A DNA stretch of 64,000 nt from an uncultured Dehalococcoides sp. (GTDB taxonomy: Bacteria > Chloroflexota > Dehalococcoidia > UBA2979). Of this stretch, positions 7,326 through 15,459 are shown one piece after another. The notes beneath the pieces are model-generated. The model did not search any database, was not told where the DNA came from, and saw only the letters and a program-made list of their open reading frames with translations. Made by a program: the position numbers and the translations under genes. The stretch lies in contig CAZVNJ010000003.1 in NCBI GenBank assembly GCA_964628985.1, positions 15,977 through 79,976 on the forward strand, in the 5' to 3' direction. Numbering within the stretch: the first letter of the stretch is position 1; every line of letters begins with the position of its first letter.

Positions 7326-9326
7326 CTACTCCTCGGGATGGGCTTCCATGACCTCTCGGACCAGGGAACGCAGGAGGTCCACCTGGTACGGCTTCTGCAC
7401 GAATCCAGTGATGCCTCGCCCTGCGAAATGGCGCGTGGCCTCGGCCTCGTTGTATCCGCTCATCAGGATGATCGGCGCGTGCGGGTCAATGGCTCGCATC
7501 TCACGGAACGCCTGCTCCCCGTCCATGCCCGGCATGGTCAGATCGAGCAGGACGAGCCCAACTTCCTGCTGGTGTTGGCGGAAGGTCTCGACGCCCTGCA
7601 GGCCATCGTCCGCGGTCAGCACCCCAAGGCCCCAGTTCTGCAGGAGACGCGTCGTCACCGCACGCACCATCGAGTCGTCGTCCACCACGAGGACCATCTT
7701 GCTACTGATGATGGCGGGCGGCCGCTGCGAGGAGCGGGACGTCGAGGCGTGAACCAAGTCAGCGCCCATCGCCGGGATCAGCACCCGGAAGGTCGTCCCA
7801 TGACCCGGTTCGCTGTAGACCTTGATCGCTCCGCGGTGCCCGCGCACGACGCCCAGCACCACTGCGAGGCCGAGGCCGCGGCCGGTGAACTTGGTCGTGA
7901 AGAACGGGTCGAAGACCCTCGCACGGACATCCGGCTCCATTCCCTGCCCTGTGTCGGAGACCTCGAGGAACACGAAGTCCCCCTCTTCCACGGCGTCGAG
8001 ATACGCCTCATCGAGGTACGAGCGGTCAGCGTGCATGAGGCCCGTCGTCAGCGTGACAACGCCGCTGCGATCGCCGATCGCGTCAGACCCATTGATGACC
8101 AGGTTCATGATCACCTGACGCAATTGCGTAGGGTCAGCCTCGACGCGTGGCAGCCCGGGCGCGAGGTTCTGACGCAGTACGACACCCTTTCCTACTGAGA
8201 CACGGAGGAGGTGAGTCATCTCTTCCACGATTTGGTTGAGATGCACTGGGGAGAGGGCCAGGGTGCCCTTCCCCGAGTAGGCGAGCATCTGATGGGCCAC
8301 CTCTGCCGCACGCCGTCCGGCCAACTCGATGTCCTCGATGATCGGCCGCGCCGGCGACTCCGGGGACAGTTCCTCAAGCGCGAGACCTGCGTTGCCCAGG
8401 ATGCCGACCAGCAGGTTGTTGAAGTCGTGCGCGATGCCGCCCGCCAGGAGGCCCAGGCTCTCCATTTTCTGCGCCTCGCGTAGCGCCGCTTCAGACCGCC
8501 TGCGCTCCGTCACGTCCCTCACCACCGCGATGCAGATCAAGCGTCCACCGACCATCGCGCTCGAACCGGCAAGGTCCATCGGGAAGCGCGTGCCGTCCCT
8601 GCGCACGCCCTCGGTCTCATTCAACGCACCCCGGTAGATATTGCTGAGGCCCGGGCCGGAGTCGCGGAACTCCTCATATTCGGCGATGAGCTCTGGCGCC
8701 AGGATCAAGCGCGCGCTCTGGCCGATCATCTCGGTCGCCGTGTACCCAAACATGCGCTCCGCGGCCGGATTGAAGGACTCGATCAAAAGTGTTGCCGCGT
8801 CCATCACGATGATGCCGTCGACCGCCGTCTCCACAATCGCACTCAGGCGGGCCTCGGCGTCCCGCAGTGCGTTCTCCGCCCACACGCGTTGCGTGACATC
8901 GCGCACGAGGCCAATAAACATGCGCTCTCCACTCGGAAGCGTGCTCGCCGTCACTGACAGTTCGAGCGGGAAGACCGAGGCGTCCTTGCGCCGTCCCTCG
9001 ACGGTCCGCCCGGTACCGATGATCCGCTCTTCGCCAGTCTGGAAGTAATGATCGAGGTAGCCGTCATGCTCGGAGCGGTATGGCTCCGGCATCAGCATCG
9101 AAACATTCTGCCCGATGACCTCGGCAGTCTCGTACCCGAAGATGCGGACCGCAGCCGGATTCATCGACTGGACGACCCCATGTGCGTCGATGGTGACGAT
9201 GCCGTCCACGACTGCGTCGAAGACCGCGAGGGCCCGCGCCTCCGCGTCGTCCAGCGGTGGGCCGTGCTGTCCGTTGGTGCGGTCGCCTGTGGTATCCGGT
9301 ACCACCCCGCTCCCCCATCCAGTCAT
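7326..9326 (-). CDS. Hybrid sensor histidine kinase: PAS-PAS-HisKA-HATPase-receiver
   Basis: 666 aa. Two PAS blocks (IVTIDAHGVVQSMNPAAVRIFGY... and IIVMDAATLLIESFNPAAERMFGY...). H-box GIAHDFNNLL, N-box NLVINGSDA, G-boxes DTGQGM and GRGLGL. C-terminal receiver VLVVDDD...LDLTMPGMDG...KP. Confidence 0.85.
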   Translation of the reverse strand: MTGWGSGVVPDTTGDRTNGQHGPPLDDAEARALAVFDAVVDGIVTIDAHGVVQSMNPAAVRIFGYETAEVIGQNVSMLMPEPYRSEHDGYLDHYFQTGEERIIGTGRTVEGRRKDASVFPLELSVTASTLPSGERMFIGLVRDVTQRVWAENALRDAEARLSAIVETAVDGIIVMDAATLLIESFNPAAERMFGYTATEMIGQSARLILAPELIAEYEEFRDSGPGLSNIYRGALNETEGVRRDGTRFPMDLAGSSAMVGGRLICIAVVRDVTERRRSEAALREAQKMESLGLLAGGIAHDFNNLLVGILGNAGLALEELSPESPARPIIEDIELAGRRAAEVAHQMLAYSGKGTLALSPVHLNQIVEEMTHLLRVSVGKGVVLRQNLAPGLPRVEADPTQLRQVIMNLVINGSDAIGDRSGVVTLTTGLMHADRSYLDEAYLDAVEEGDFVFLEVSDTGQGMEPDVRARVFDPFFTTKFTGRGLGLAVVLGVVRGHRGAIKVYSEPGHGTTFRVLIPAMGADLVHASTSRSSQRPPAIISSKMVLVVDDDSMVRAVTTRLLQNWGLGVLTADDGLQGVETFRQHQQEVGLVLLDLTMPGMDGEQAFREMRAIDPHAPIILMSGYNEAEATRHFAGRGITGFVQKPYQVDLLRSLVREVMEAHPEE

Positions 9327-9455
9327 GGCAGGGCGGATCGTACGGCGGTATCGCTAGGCCAGATCTGACGAACTAATTGCCTTGTGAGCACAAACTCATG
9401 CAATCGTTCTCAAGTGTGGACCCGCAGTGTTGGGCACACCAATCGGCCTCAATCT

Positions 9456-11123
9456 CTAGGCAGAGCACTTCACATAGACCGCTGTGCCCGCCGGAATGCC
9501 GTTCGGGAAGAGGGCATCCCACGTGAGATTGATCACCGCCGGAGCGCCCGGGATGTAGCCGACCCACTGGCCTTGCGGGTTCGTCGCCCAGAGCACGAGC
9601 CGTCCAGCAGGACAGCCGGTCGCCGTCACGAGTGCCTGGTTCGACCCGCCCCCGAAGACAAACAGTCCGGAACTGCCCGGCGGGAATGTCGTGGTCGATC
9701 CCGTCGGCGCTGGAGCGGTCCCGCTGGTGTACGTGTACCCGCCCGGTAGCGCTGCCCCGGCGCCGCCGGCATTCGAAACCACGACGAGTGCGGGACCCGC
9801 AGCAGGAGAGGTCGGCACGGACGCCAGGATCTGCGTCGAACTGATCACGTTCACGTTCGTCGCCGGCACTCCGCCAATCGTCACGATCGCACCGGCCACG
9901 AACCCGTGCCCGTTGATCGTCACCAGCGTCGGCGTCCCGACGGGCCCCGAGGCGGGCGAGACGGACGTCACGCCTATGCCAGTCGCGCTCGCGGGAGGCG
10001 TCGTCCCGGCGGCGAGATAGTTGAAGCCACCGGCGATACCGCTAATCAGTCCACCGGGGTTGGTCACAAGGACGGTGGACGGTCCGACTGTCCCCGGTGG
10101 GGTGGTCGCGAGGATCTGCGTACCGCCTGCCACGATCACATTGCCGGCAGCAAGCCCACCAAAGGTCACCGTTGCACCGGTAACGAAACCCGACCCTGTC
10201 AGCGTGACGGCCGTCCCGCCGGCGACCGGCCCGCTGTTCGGTGTGATCGTTGAGAGGACGGGCGCGGTCATCGCATACGTAAATGCCGAGTTCAGCCCGC
10301 CAACCGAACCGGTCGAGTTGCTGACGAGGACCGTGACACTGCCCGCAGCGTTAGCGGGCGTGACCGCCGTGATGAGCGTTGCGCTCACGACGGTCACCGA
10401 AGTAGCCGGGACGCCTCCAAAGGAGACCGTGGCCCCAGGCAGGAATCCAGATCCCGTGATGGACACCGCCGTGCCGCCGGCGGGTGAGCCGCTGGGTGGC
10501 TGGACCGAGGCCACGACGGGTTGAGTCGTACTTGTGGGAGTGGCGGAACCGGCGGGGTAGGAAGCAAACGAACCGTCCGGGTTCGTGACCGTCGCAGTCG
10601 CGGTGCTCACCCCAGCGGGAGCGACCGCGATGATGAGGGACGGGCCGGCCACGGCCCCGGCGCCAACCGATACTCCGCCGATCGTGACGGTGGCACCTGA
10701 GACGAAGCCGCTTCCCGAGATGTAGACCGTGTTCGTCCCGCCGGATCCGGGGATCGCATTGAGACCGGCGATCGTGACGGCACCCTGCACGATGGTCTGG
10801 TACTGGAACTGCACCGGGCTGGTGCCGGCACTGCCGTCAGGGTTCACCACGACGACATTCACCGAGCCAGCGGCCCCTGGTGGGGCTGTTGCGACCAGAA
10901 CGTTCGCGCTCGACACGATGACGTTCGAGGCGTAGGCACCTCCGAAGATCACCGACGCTCCTGAGGCGAACGCGGATCCCGTAATCGTGACCTGGGTGCC
11001 GCCGGATACCGAGCCGTTCGCTGGAGAAATCCCGGTGATCACCGGCTGAGCCGCTGATGCTGTCCCCGGAATCAGCGACAGCGCGACGGCGGCGAATAGG
11101 ACTAGGACAATCCGGTGTCGCAT
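9456..11123 (-). CDS. Secreted cell-surface protein with five tandem IPT/TIG domains and a distinct Cys-containing C-terminal domain
   Basis: Signal peptide MRHRIVLVLFAAVALSLIPGTASA. ATG at 11123 preceded by GGAGGTG. Five ~88-aa repeats of the form PxItxIxPxsGpxxGGTxVTItGsGFxxGAtVtFGG...NPdG. I rejected the upstream part of the track ORF (11124-11237). Confidence 0.75.
   Translation of the reverse strand: MRHRIVLVLFAAVALSLIPGTASAAQPVITGISPANGSVSGGTQVTITGSAFASGASVIFGGAYASNVIVSSANVLVATAPPGAAGSVNVVVVNPDGSAGTSPVQFQYQTIVQGAVTIAGLNAIPGSGGTNTVYISGSGFVSGATVTIGGVSVGAGAVAGPSLIIAVAPAGVSTATATVTNPDGSFASYPAGSATPTSTTQPVVASVQPPSGSPAGGTAVSITGSGFLPGATVSFGGVPATSVTVVSATLITAVTPANAAGSVTVLVSNSTGSVGGLNSAFTYAMTAPVLSTITPNSGPVAGGTAVTLTGSGFVTGATVTFGGLAAGNVIVAGGTQILATTPPGTVGPSTVLVTNPGGLISGIAGGFNYLAAGTTPPASATGIGVTSVSPASGPVGTPTLVTINGHGFVAGAIVTIGGVPATNVNVISSTQILASVPTSPAAGPALVVVSNAGGAGAALPGGYTYTSGTAPAPTGSTTTFPPGSSGLFVFGGGSNQALVTATGCPAGRLVLWATNPQGQWVGYIPGAPAVINLTWDALFPNGIPAGTAVYVKCSA
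9713..11051 (-). repeat. In-frame tandem repeat region encoding 5 IPT/TIG modules (~264 nt period)
   Basis: Repeated peptide blocks (GGT.VT.TGSGF..GATVTFGG.) recur with ~88-aa spacing. They are visible at DNA level as recurring ggcggcac..gtgac/ggctccgg-type strings. Confidence 0.6.
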
Positions 11124-11238
11124 TGAGGGCACCTCCAGAACCGTGTAACAGCGTACTCCTTTCACCATTAGTTTGGCGATTCGAGTTCTCACAGATTCAA
11201 ACCCCGTTTGCTGGCCGGATTCCGGACGGGCACGCACA

Positions 11239-11604
11239 ATGCCTCGCGTGAAGACGGCCCTGCCTCTCGCCTCGCTGATGCTGACCGCGGCTCTCCTGAG
11301 CGCGGTCGTTGGATTCGTCTACGCGCACGAGCCTGCGCGAGACGAGCAGGTCGTGGCGCTCCGGTCGCATGCCGGCGAGGGATGGACAGTCAGTGGCAGG
11401 GTGACCCGCATCGGCGACGGGCGGATCACGATCGACGGCGAAGGGCGCTCAATCGACCTCGCCTTCCCTGCCGGCGTGGTGGTGGAGGAACTTCAGACCT
11501 CGGCCCAGTCCGCGCTTGTCCCTGGCGCTCAGGTGAACATCGGAGTCGAACGCTCAGACGTTGGCTTTGCCCTCACAGGGATCGTGGTGGTGGCGGCGCC
11601 ATGA
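11239..11604 (+). CDS. Small secreted or membrane-anchored protein of unknown function
   Basis: 121 aa from the ATG at 11239, with N-terminal hydrophobic segment ALPLASLMLTAALLSAVVGFVYA. No recognisable family. Stop overlaps the next start (ATGA at 11601-11604). Confidence 0.45.
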   Translation: MPRVKTALPLASLMLTAALLSAVVGFVYAHEPARDEQVVALRSHAGEGWTVSGRVTRIGDGRITIDGEGRSIDLAFPAGVVVEELQTSAQSALVPGAQVNIGVERSDVGFALTGIVVVAAP

Positions 11605-12062
11605 GCGTGCGGCGACGCCTCGCGCGAGCCGCTACCTGGGCGGGACTGGCCATCGCGTGCGCGCTGGGAGCCGCAGCGGGCGTGGGGCTGGGGCACGCCG
11701 CCAGCGAGCCTCGGGTCGAAGAGATCGAAGTCACAGCCCCACGCTCGCTCACAGGTCCGCCCGAGGGGACGATCCGATCGTCAGGTGGGTTCACGGGGTT
11801 CGGTGGTCCGCCCGCGCTCCGTGGCGAAGTCCAAAGGAGCGGGCCGGTGCTGAGTGTCGAGTCCGGGTCCGTGACCGTGGGGACCATGGACAGCCACTCG
11901 ATCGTCCGCTTCACGTCTCCGGAGCGCCTCTTCCGAATTGTCCCAGCCGGCGCGCCACTCAAGGCAGGAGACCTCGTGCAGGTACGAGTCGACGGTGACC
12001 GTGCCACGTCGCTCCTGCGTCTGCCGCCGGGGCTCGAGGAAGGTGGGAACCGCCCTCGGTAG
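11601..12062 (+). CDS. Secreted protein of unknown function (signal peptide)
   Basis: 153 aa, MSVRRRLARAATWAGLAIACALGAAAGVGLGHAAS, then a beta-rich region. Coupled to the previous ORF. Stop lies 2 nt from the convergent permease stop. Confidence 0.45.
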   Translation: MSVRRRLARAATWAGLAIACALGAAAGVGLGHAASEPRVEEIEVTAPRSLTGPPEGTIRSSGGFTGFGGPPALRGEVQRSGPVLSVESGSVTVGTMDSHSIVRFTSPERLFRIVPAGAPLKAGDLVQVRVDGDRATSLLRLPPGLEEGGNRPR

Positions 12063-12064
12063 TG

Positions 12065-15000
12065 CTACTGCGTCTGTCGGAGGACCTCAGCGCTGGCACG
12101 ACGCGCGACCGCGCGCCAGGCGAGGAACAGGGCGAGCGTGGCGAGCCCGAGGATCGCCACGAGTCCGGCCGCGATGCCCCACCAGTCGCTCGCCATCGTG
12201 AATGGCGGGACCACTCGCGTCCCGGCCGGAGTCACACTGAGCGAGGACAGCATCACACTCGCGATCGTCCGGCCGAAGGCAATGCCCAGCGCGACCCCCA
12301 GCGCCGCCAGGATCCCCCACTCAAGCAGTAGGGAGCGAAGGATCTGGGGCGGCGTGATCCCCAGTGCTCGCAACACCGCGAACTCGGTGCGACGGCCACT
12401 GATCGCGATCAGGGCCGTAACCACAAACCCTGCCGCTGCCAGGATGACCACGGCCACTGCAGCCACGAGCAGGATGCCTGTACCGGAGGCCACCAGCGTG
12501 GGATCTGCGCTGGCTTCTTCGACCATCGATGCCTGGAGGAGTGGCTCGGCGATCCATACCGGTGATTCGAAGCGGCGTTCCAGTTGAGAGACAACTGAGC
12601 GTTGATCCGCAAGGGGGAGCCCATGCGCGAAGTCGACCCACAGCTCATTCGCGAACGGGCCGGCGGCGCTGGCCAGGCTGGCGACAGCTCGCAACTGGCG
12701 CCGGTCCACCACGATGAACCCTGAGCCCGGGTCGAGCGTCGGGAACAGGTGCAGTGTCCCGACGACGCGCACGGGAACCTGCACTCCGTTCGGAAGCGTC
12801 ATCGTGGTCATCCTGCCCTCTGCCAGCCCGAGGGCGCGCTGGGCGTTCACGCTGAAGAGCCCCGGGAGGGTGGCCGGGCCGACCGCGACCACGCTCTCGC
12901 GGCTTGGCGGTCCCGAGGACCACGACCATCGTCCCGCGTGGGCCTTCGAACGCGCTCGCTGGTTCGACAGCGCGAAGCTCTCCTGCATGCCGGCCTGCGT
13001 GTAGGCCGTCCATCCAGAGGGCAGTTCGAAGTCGTACAGCACGGCCGTGCGCCCCTGGGCATCGACGGCCGCGAGGTCATCGAGGTAGAGCGAACCCTCG
13101 CGGCGCACAAACAGCGCCGCATCCATCCGGAATGCGACGAGGAAGACGGGGTGCACTGCACCCGGTGGAATGCGCGCAACCATCGGGCGCCAGTCCCCTG
13201 GTGCGATCTCGTCGAATCGCGCGTCGTGGTACTCCCCCGTGGCATCGCGAAGCCGCGCTGAGATCCCGGGGACCCGACCCTCCACATCGAGGAACATTTG
13301 CACCTGGAGGGCCGCCGTCCCGCTGGGGATGGGCAGACCGGGGCCTGCCTCGGTCGGCGGGCGGATCCGCTCCAGTACTGGCCCCATTGGGCCGTCAGCG
13401 AAGTCCTCGCGGCTCCATATCATCGAAGCCACAGCAGCCGGATCGTCGATTCCGAGCACCGCCGTCTCGCTGCCACCGCCAACACGGATGTTCCCGCGAT
13501 AGGCGTAGGTGGCCGTCTGCACGCCGGGGAGCGCGCGCACACGTTCCAGGGGCTCCTGCATGTGTGGCCCCGGTTCACGGACTCGCGCTCGCATGTCCAC
13601 GCCGGCCTCATAGCGGGCTCGTTCGTCGTACGACCGTCCGACCGTAGGTCCGTATGAAGCGCCGAAGGTCGCGACTGCCACAGCCATCACGAGCAGCATC
13701 AGGAGCCGGGCATGAGTCGCCGGTGCCCTCGATGTCTGCCGTAGCCCCACCGTCACGGCGATCCCGCGGAGCGGCGTGGCCAGCCGGACGCCGATCCGCA
13801 GTAGCGGCGCGTAGCAGCGGAGCACGATCGCTGCGGCGGCGAGCATCGCGACCAATGGAAAGGAGAGCAGGAGCGGATCACTCGACCAGCCCCCCAGCGA
13901 TCCGGGGTCCAGCGCCGTGCCACTCCGCTTCAGTTGCCACCACTGCAACCCTGCCAGGGCAACGAGGGCGACGTCGAGGTAGTAGCGCTGCACGAAGCCT
14001 CTCCGGTAGGGGCGCGCGCGTTCTCGCTGGTCGTCAACCACGCCACGGCGGGCCGCAGCCCACGCCGGGAGCGCCATCGCCATGACGGAGAGGGCAGCCC
14101 CGGCGGCGGCCAGGAGATAGGCCTCGGGGCCTACGGAGACGGGCAGGGGTGCGCCGCCGGTGGTCGGTTCAAACAGCGAGGCCCGACCGAGAGAGGCCAC
14201 TACTTGCCCGGCCAACCACGGCGCCAGCGCCGCCGCCGGGATCGCGAGGACCAGCCCTTCGATGACGGCCAGCCCTACCAACTGCCCTACGCTCGCGCCT
14301 CGGCTCCGGTACACGCTGATCTCAGGGCCTCGACGCTCTGACAGCATCGAGGCGACGAGCACGATGTAGAACCCAATCACTCCGACGATCTGCAACATGA
14401 TGATCAGGATGGGGACGCGGGAGAAGGTCTGCGCCGTGCGATAGATCGCAAGTTGGTCTGCGAATGTGGTGATGCCGTGCGCCGGGAGGCCCAGGGTGAC
14501 ACGCGCGTCCTCTTGCCACGCCGCGATGCTCAGAAGCGCGTCCGGCACGTGACGCACGCCGATCTCCCGCAGGTCAGGGACCAGGCCGGCCCGCTGCCGT
14601 CCTCGCAGCTCGGGGAGGGCACGCAGCAGCGGTCCGGACTCGTAGCCCTCTGCGCTCAGGAGGAATATCAGTCCGCCGGCTCCAGGCCCCGGGTTATCAG
14701 CGATCGGCTGCTCTGGTACCGCCCAGGACGCGTCGGCGATGCGCCAGCGTAGGTCGCTGGGGTCTTCCTGGCGGACGAACCCGACCACGGTCGCCACGGC
14801 GCTCGCCGTCGAGAACGTCGATGGGCGACAACGGACCTCCGCCGCCGCGACCGCCGGGTCATCTGACCCGGGGACTGGAGGGCAGTCATTCAACGTCGGG
14901 AGCGTCAGGCGCACGCGACTGCCCACGCCCACGATGCGCTGATACCCCTCTGGCACCACGACCTCCAGTGGGCCGTCGGGTGCCGCGGACGGCATCCTTC

Positions 15001-15427
15001 CCGCTGTCAGGGAGGCGTGCCGGTCCAGACTCGACACTCCGACGACGAACGCCGGCCATGCCCCATCGCCACTACCTTCGACGGTGGCGGCAACTCGCTG
15101 CGAACGGCGTTCGACGATCTGTTCGGAGCCCAGCCAGCCGATCCGTGCATCGGTGATGGTGAGCAAGGCCGCCCGGCTCTGCCGCTCCACTGGATGGGCC
15201 AGCACAGTGTTGTCCACGTCGAGGTAGATCACGCGTTGTTGTTCGTCGACCAGGCCGCGGTCGAGGCGGAACCGGAGGCCCAGGTCAGCCATCGCATCCG
15301 CGTACGTGGGGACCGCGGCCAGAAGCGTCGCGGCAAGCAGGACGCCGAGTCCGCCCGCGATGAGCAGGCGCCAGTGCGCGCGCATCCGGTGTCGTACGAG
15401 GAACCAGCTGGTGAGTATCGCTGCCAC
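12065..15427 (-). CDS. Giant ABC transporter permease with two FtsX/MacB-type domains and two large extracytoplasmic domains
   Basis: 1120 aa, GTG start. N-terminal FtsX-family motif LVRHRMRAHWRLLIAG plus TM1. Mid-protein FtsX block ERRGPEISVYRSRGAS and C-terminal FtsX block RRTEFAVLRALGITPPQILRSLLLEWGILAALGVALG. About 10 predicted TM helices separating two ~300-aa soluble loops. Confidence 0.8.
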   Translation of the reverse strand: MAAILTSWFLVRHRMRAHWRLLIAGGLGVLLAATLLAAVPTYADAMADLGLRFRLDRGLVDEQQRVIYLDVDNTVLAHPVERQSRAALLTITDARIGWLGSEQIVERRSQRVAATVEGSGDGAWPAFVVGVSSLDRHASLTAGRMPSAAPDGPLEVVVPEGYQRIVGVGSRVRLTLPTLNDCPPVPGSDDPAVAAAEVRCRPSTFSTASAVATVVGFVRQEDPSDLRWRIADASWAVPEQPIADNPGPGAGGLIFLLSAEGYESGPLLRALPELRGRQRAGLVPDLREIGVRHVPDALLSIAAWQEDARVTLGLPAHGITTFADQLAIYRTAQTFSRVPILIIMLQIVGVIGFYIVLVASMLSERRGPEISVYRSRGASVGQLVGLAVIEGLVLAIPAAALAPWLAGQVVASLGRASLFEPTTGGAPLPVSVGPEAYLLAAAGAALSVMAMALPAWAAARRGVVDDQRERARPYRRGFVQRYYLDVALVALAGLQWWQLKRSGTALDPGSLGGWSSDPLLLSFPLVAMLAAAAIVLRCYAPLLRIGVRLATPLRGIAVTVGLRQTSRAPATHARLLMLLVMAVAVATFGASYGPTVGRSYDERARYEAGVDMRARVREPGPHMQEPLERVRALPGVQTATYAYRGNIRVGGGSETAVLGIDDPAAVASMIWSREDFADGPMGPVLERIRPPTEAGPGLPIPSGTAALQVQMFLDVEGRVPGISARLRDATGEYHDARFDEIAPGDWRPMVARIPPGAVHPVFLVAFRMDAALFVRREGSLYLDDLAAVDAQGRTAVLYDFELPSGWTAYTQAGMQESFALSNQRARSKAHAGRWSWSSGPPSRESVVAVGPATLPGLFSVNAQRALGLAEGRMTTMTLPNGVQVPVRVVGTLHLFPTLDPGSGFIVVDRRQLRAVASLASAAGPFANELWVDFAHGLPLADQRSVVSQLERRFESPVWIAEPLLQASMVEEASADPTLVASGTGILLVAAVAVVILAAAGFVVTALIAISGRRTEFAVLRALGITPPQILRSLLLEWGILAALGVALGIAFGRTIASVMLSSLSVTPAGTRVVPPFTMASDWWGIAAGLVAILGLATLALFLAWRAVARRASAEVLRQTQ

Positions 15428-15459
15428 GATGCGGGAGTCTACGCGTCACACGAAGCGCG

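Noticed and set aside
9382-9393. TTGTGAGCACAA palindrome upstream of the hybrid kinase, reminiscent of CRP half-sites
   Set aside because: The half-site spacing (2 nt) is wrong for CRP/FNR-type dimers (N6/N4). It is probably coincidental within the AT-richer promoter region.
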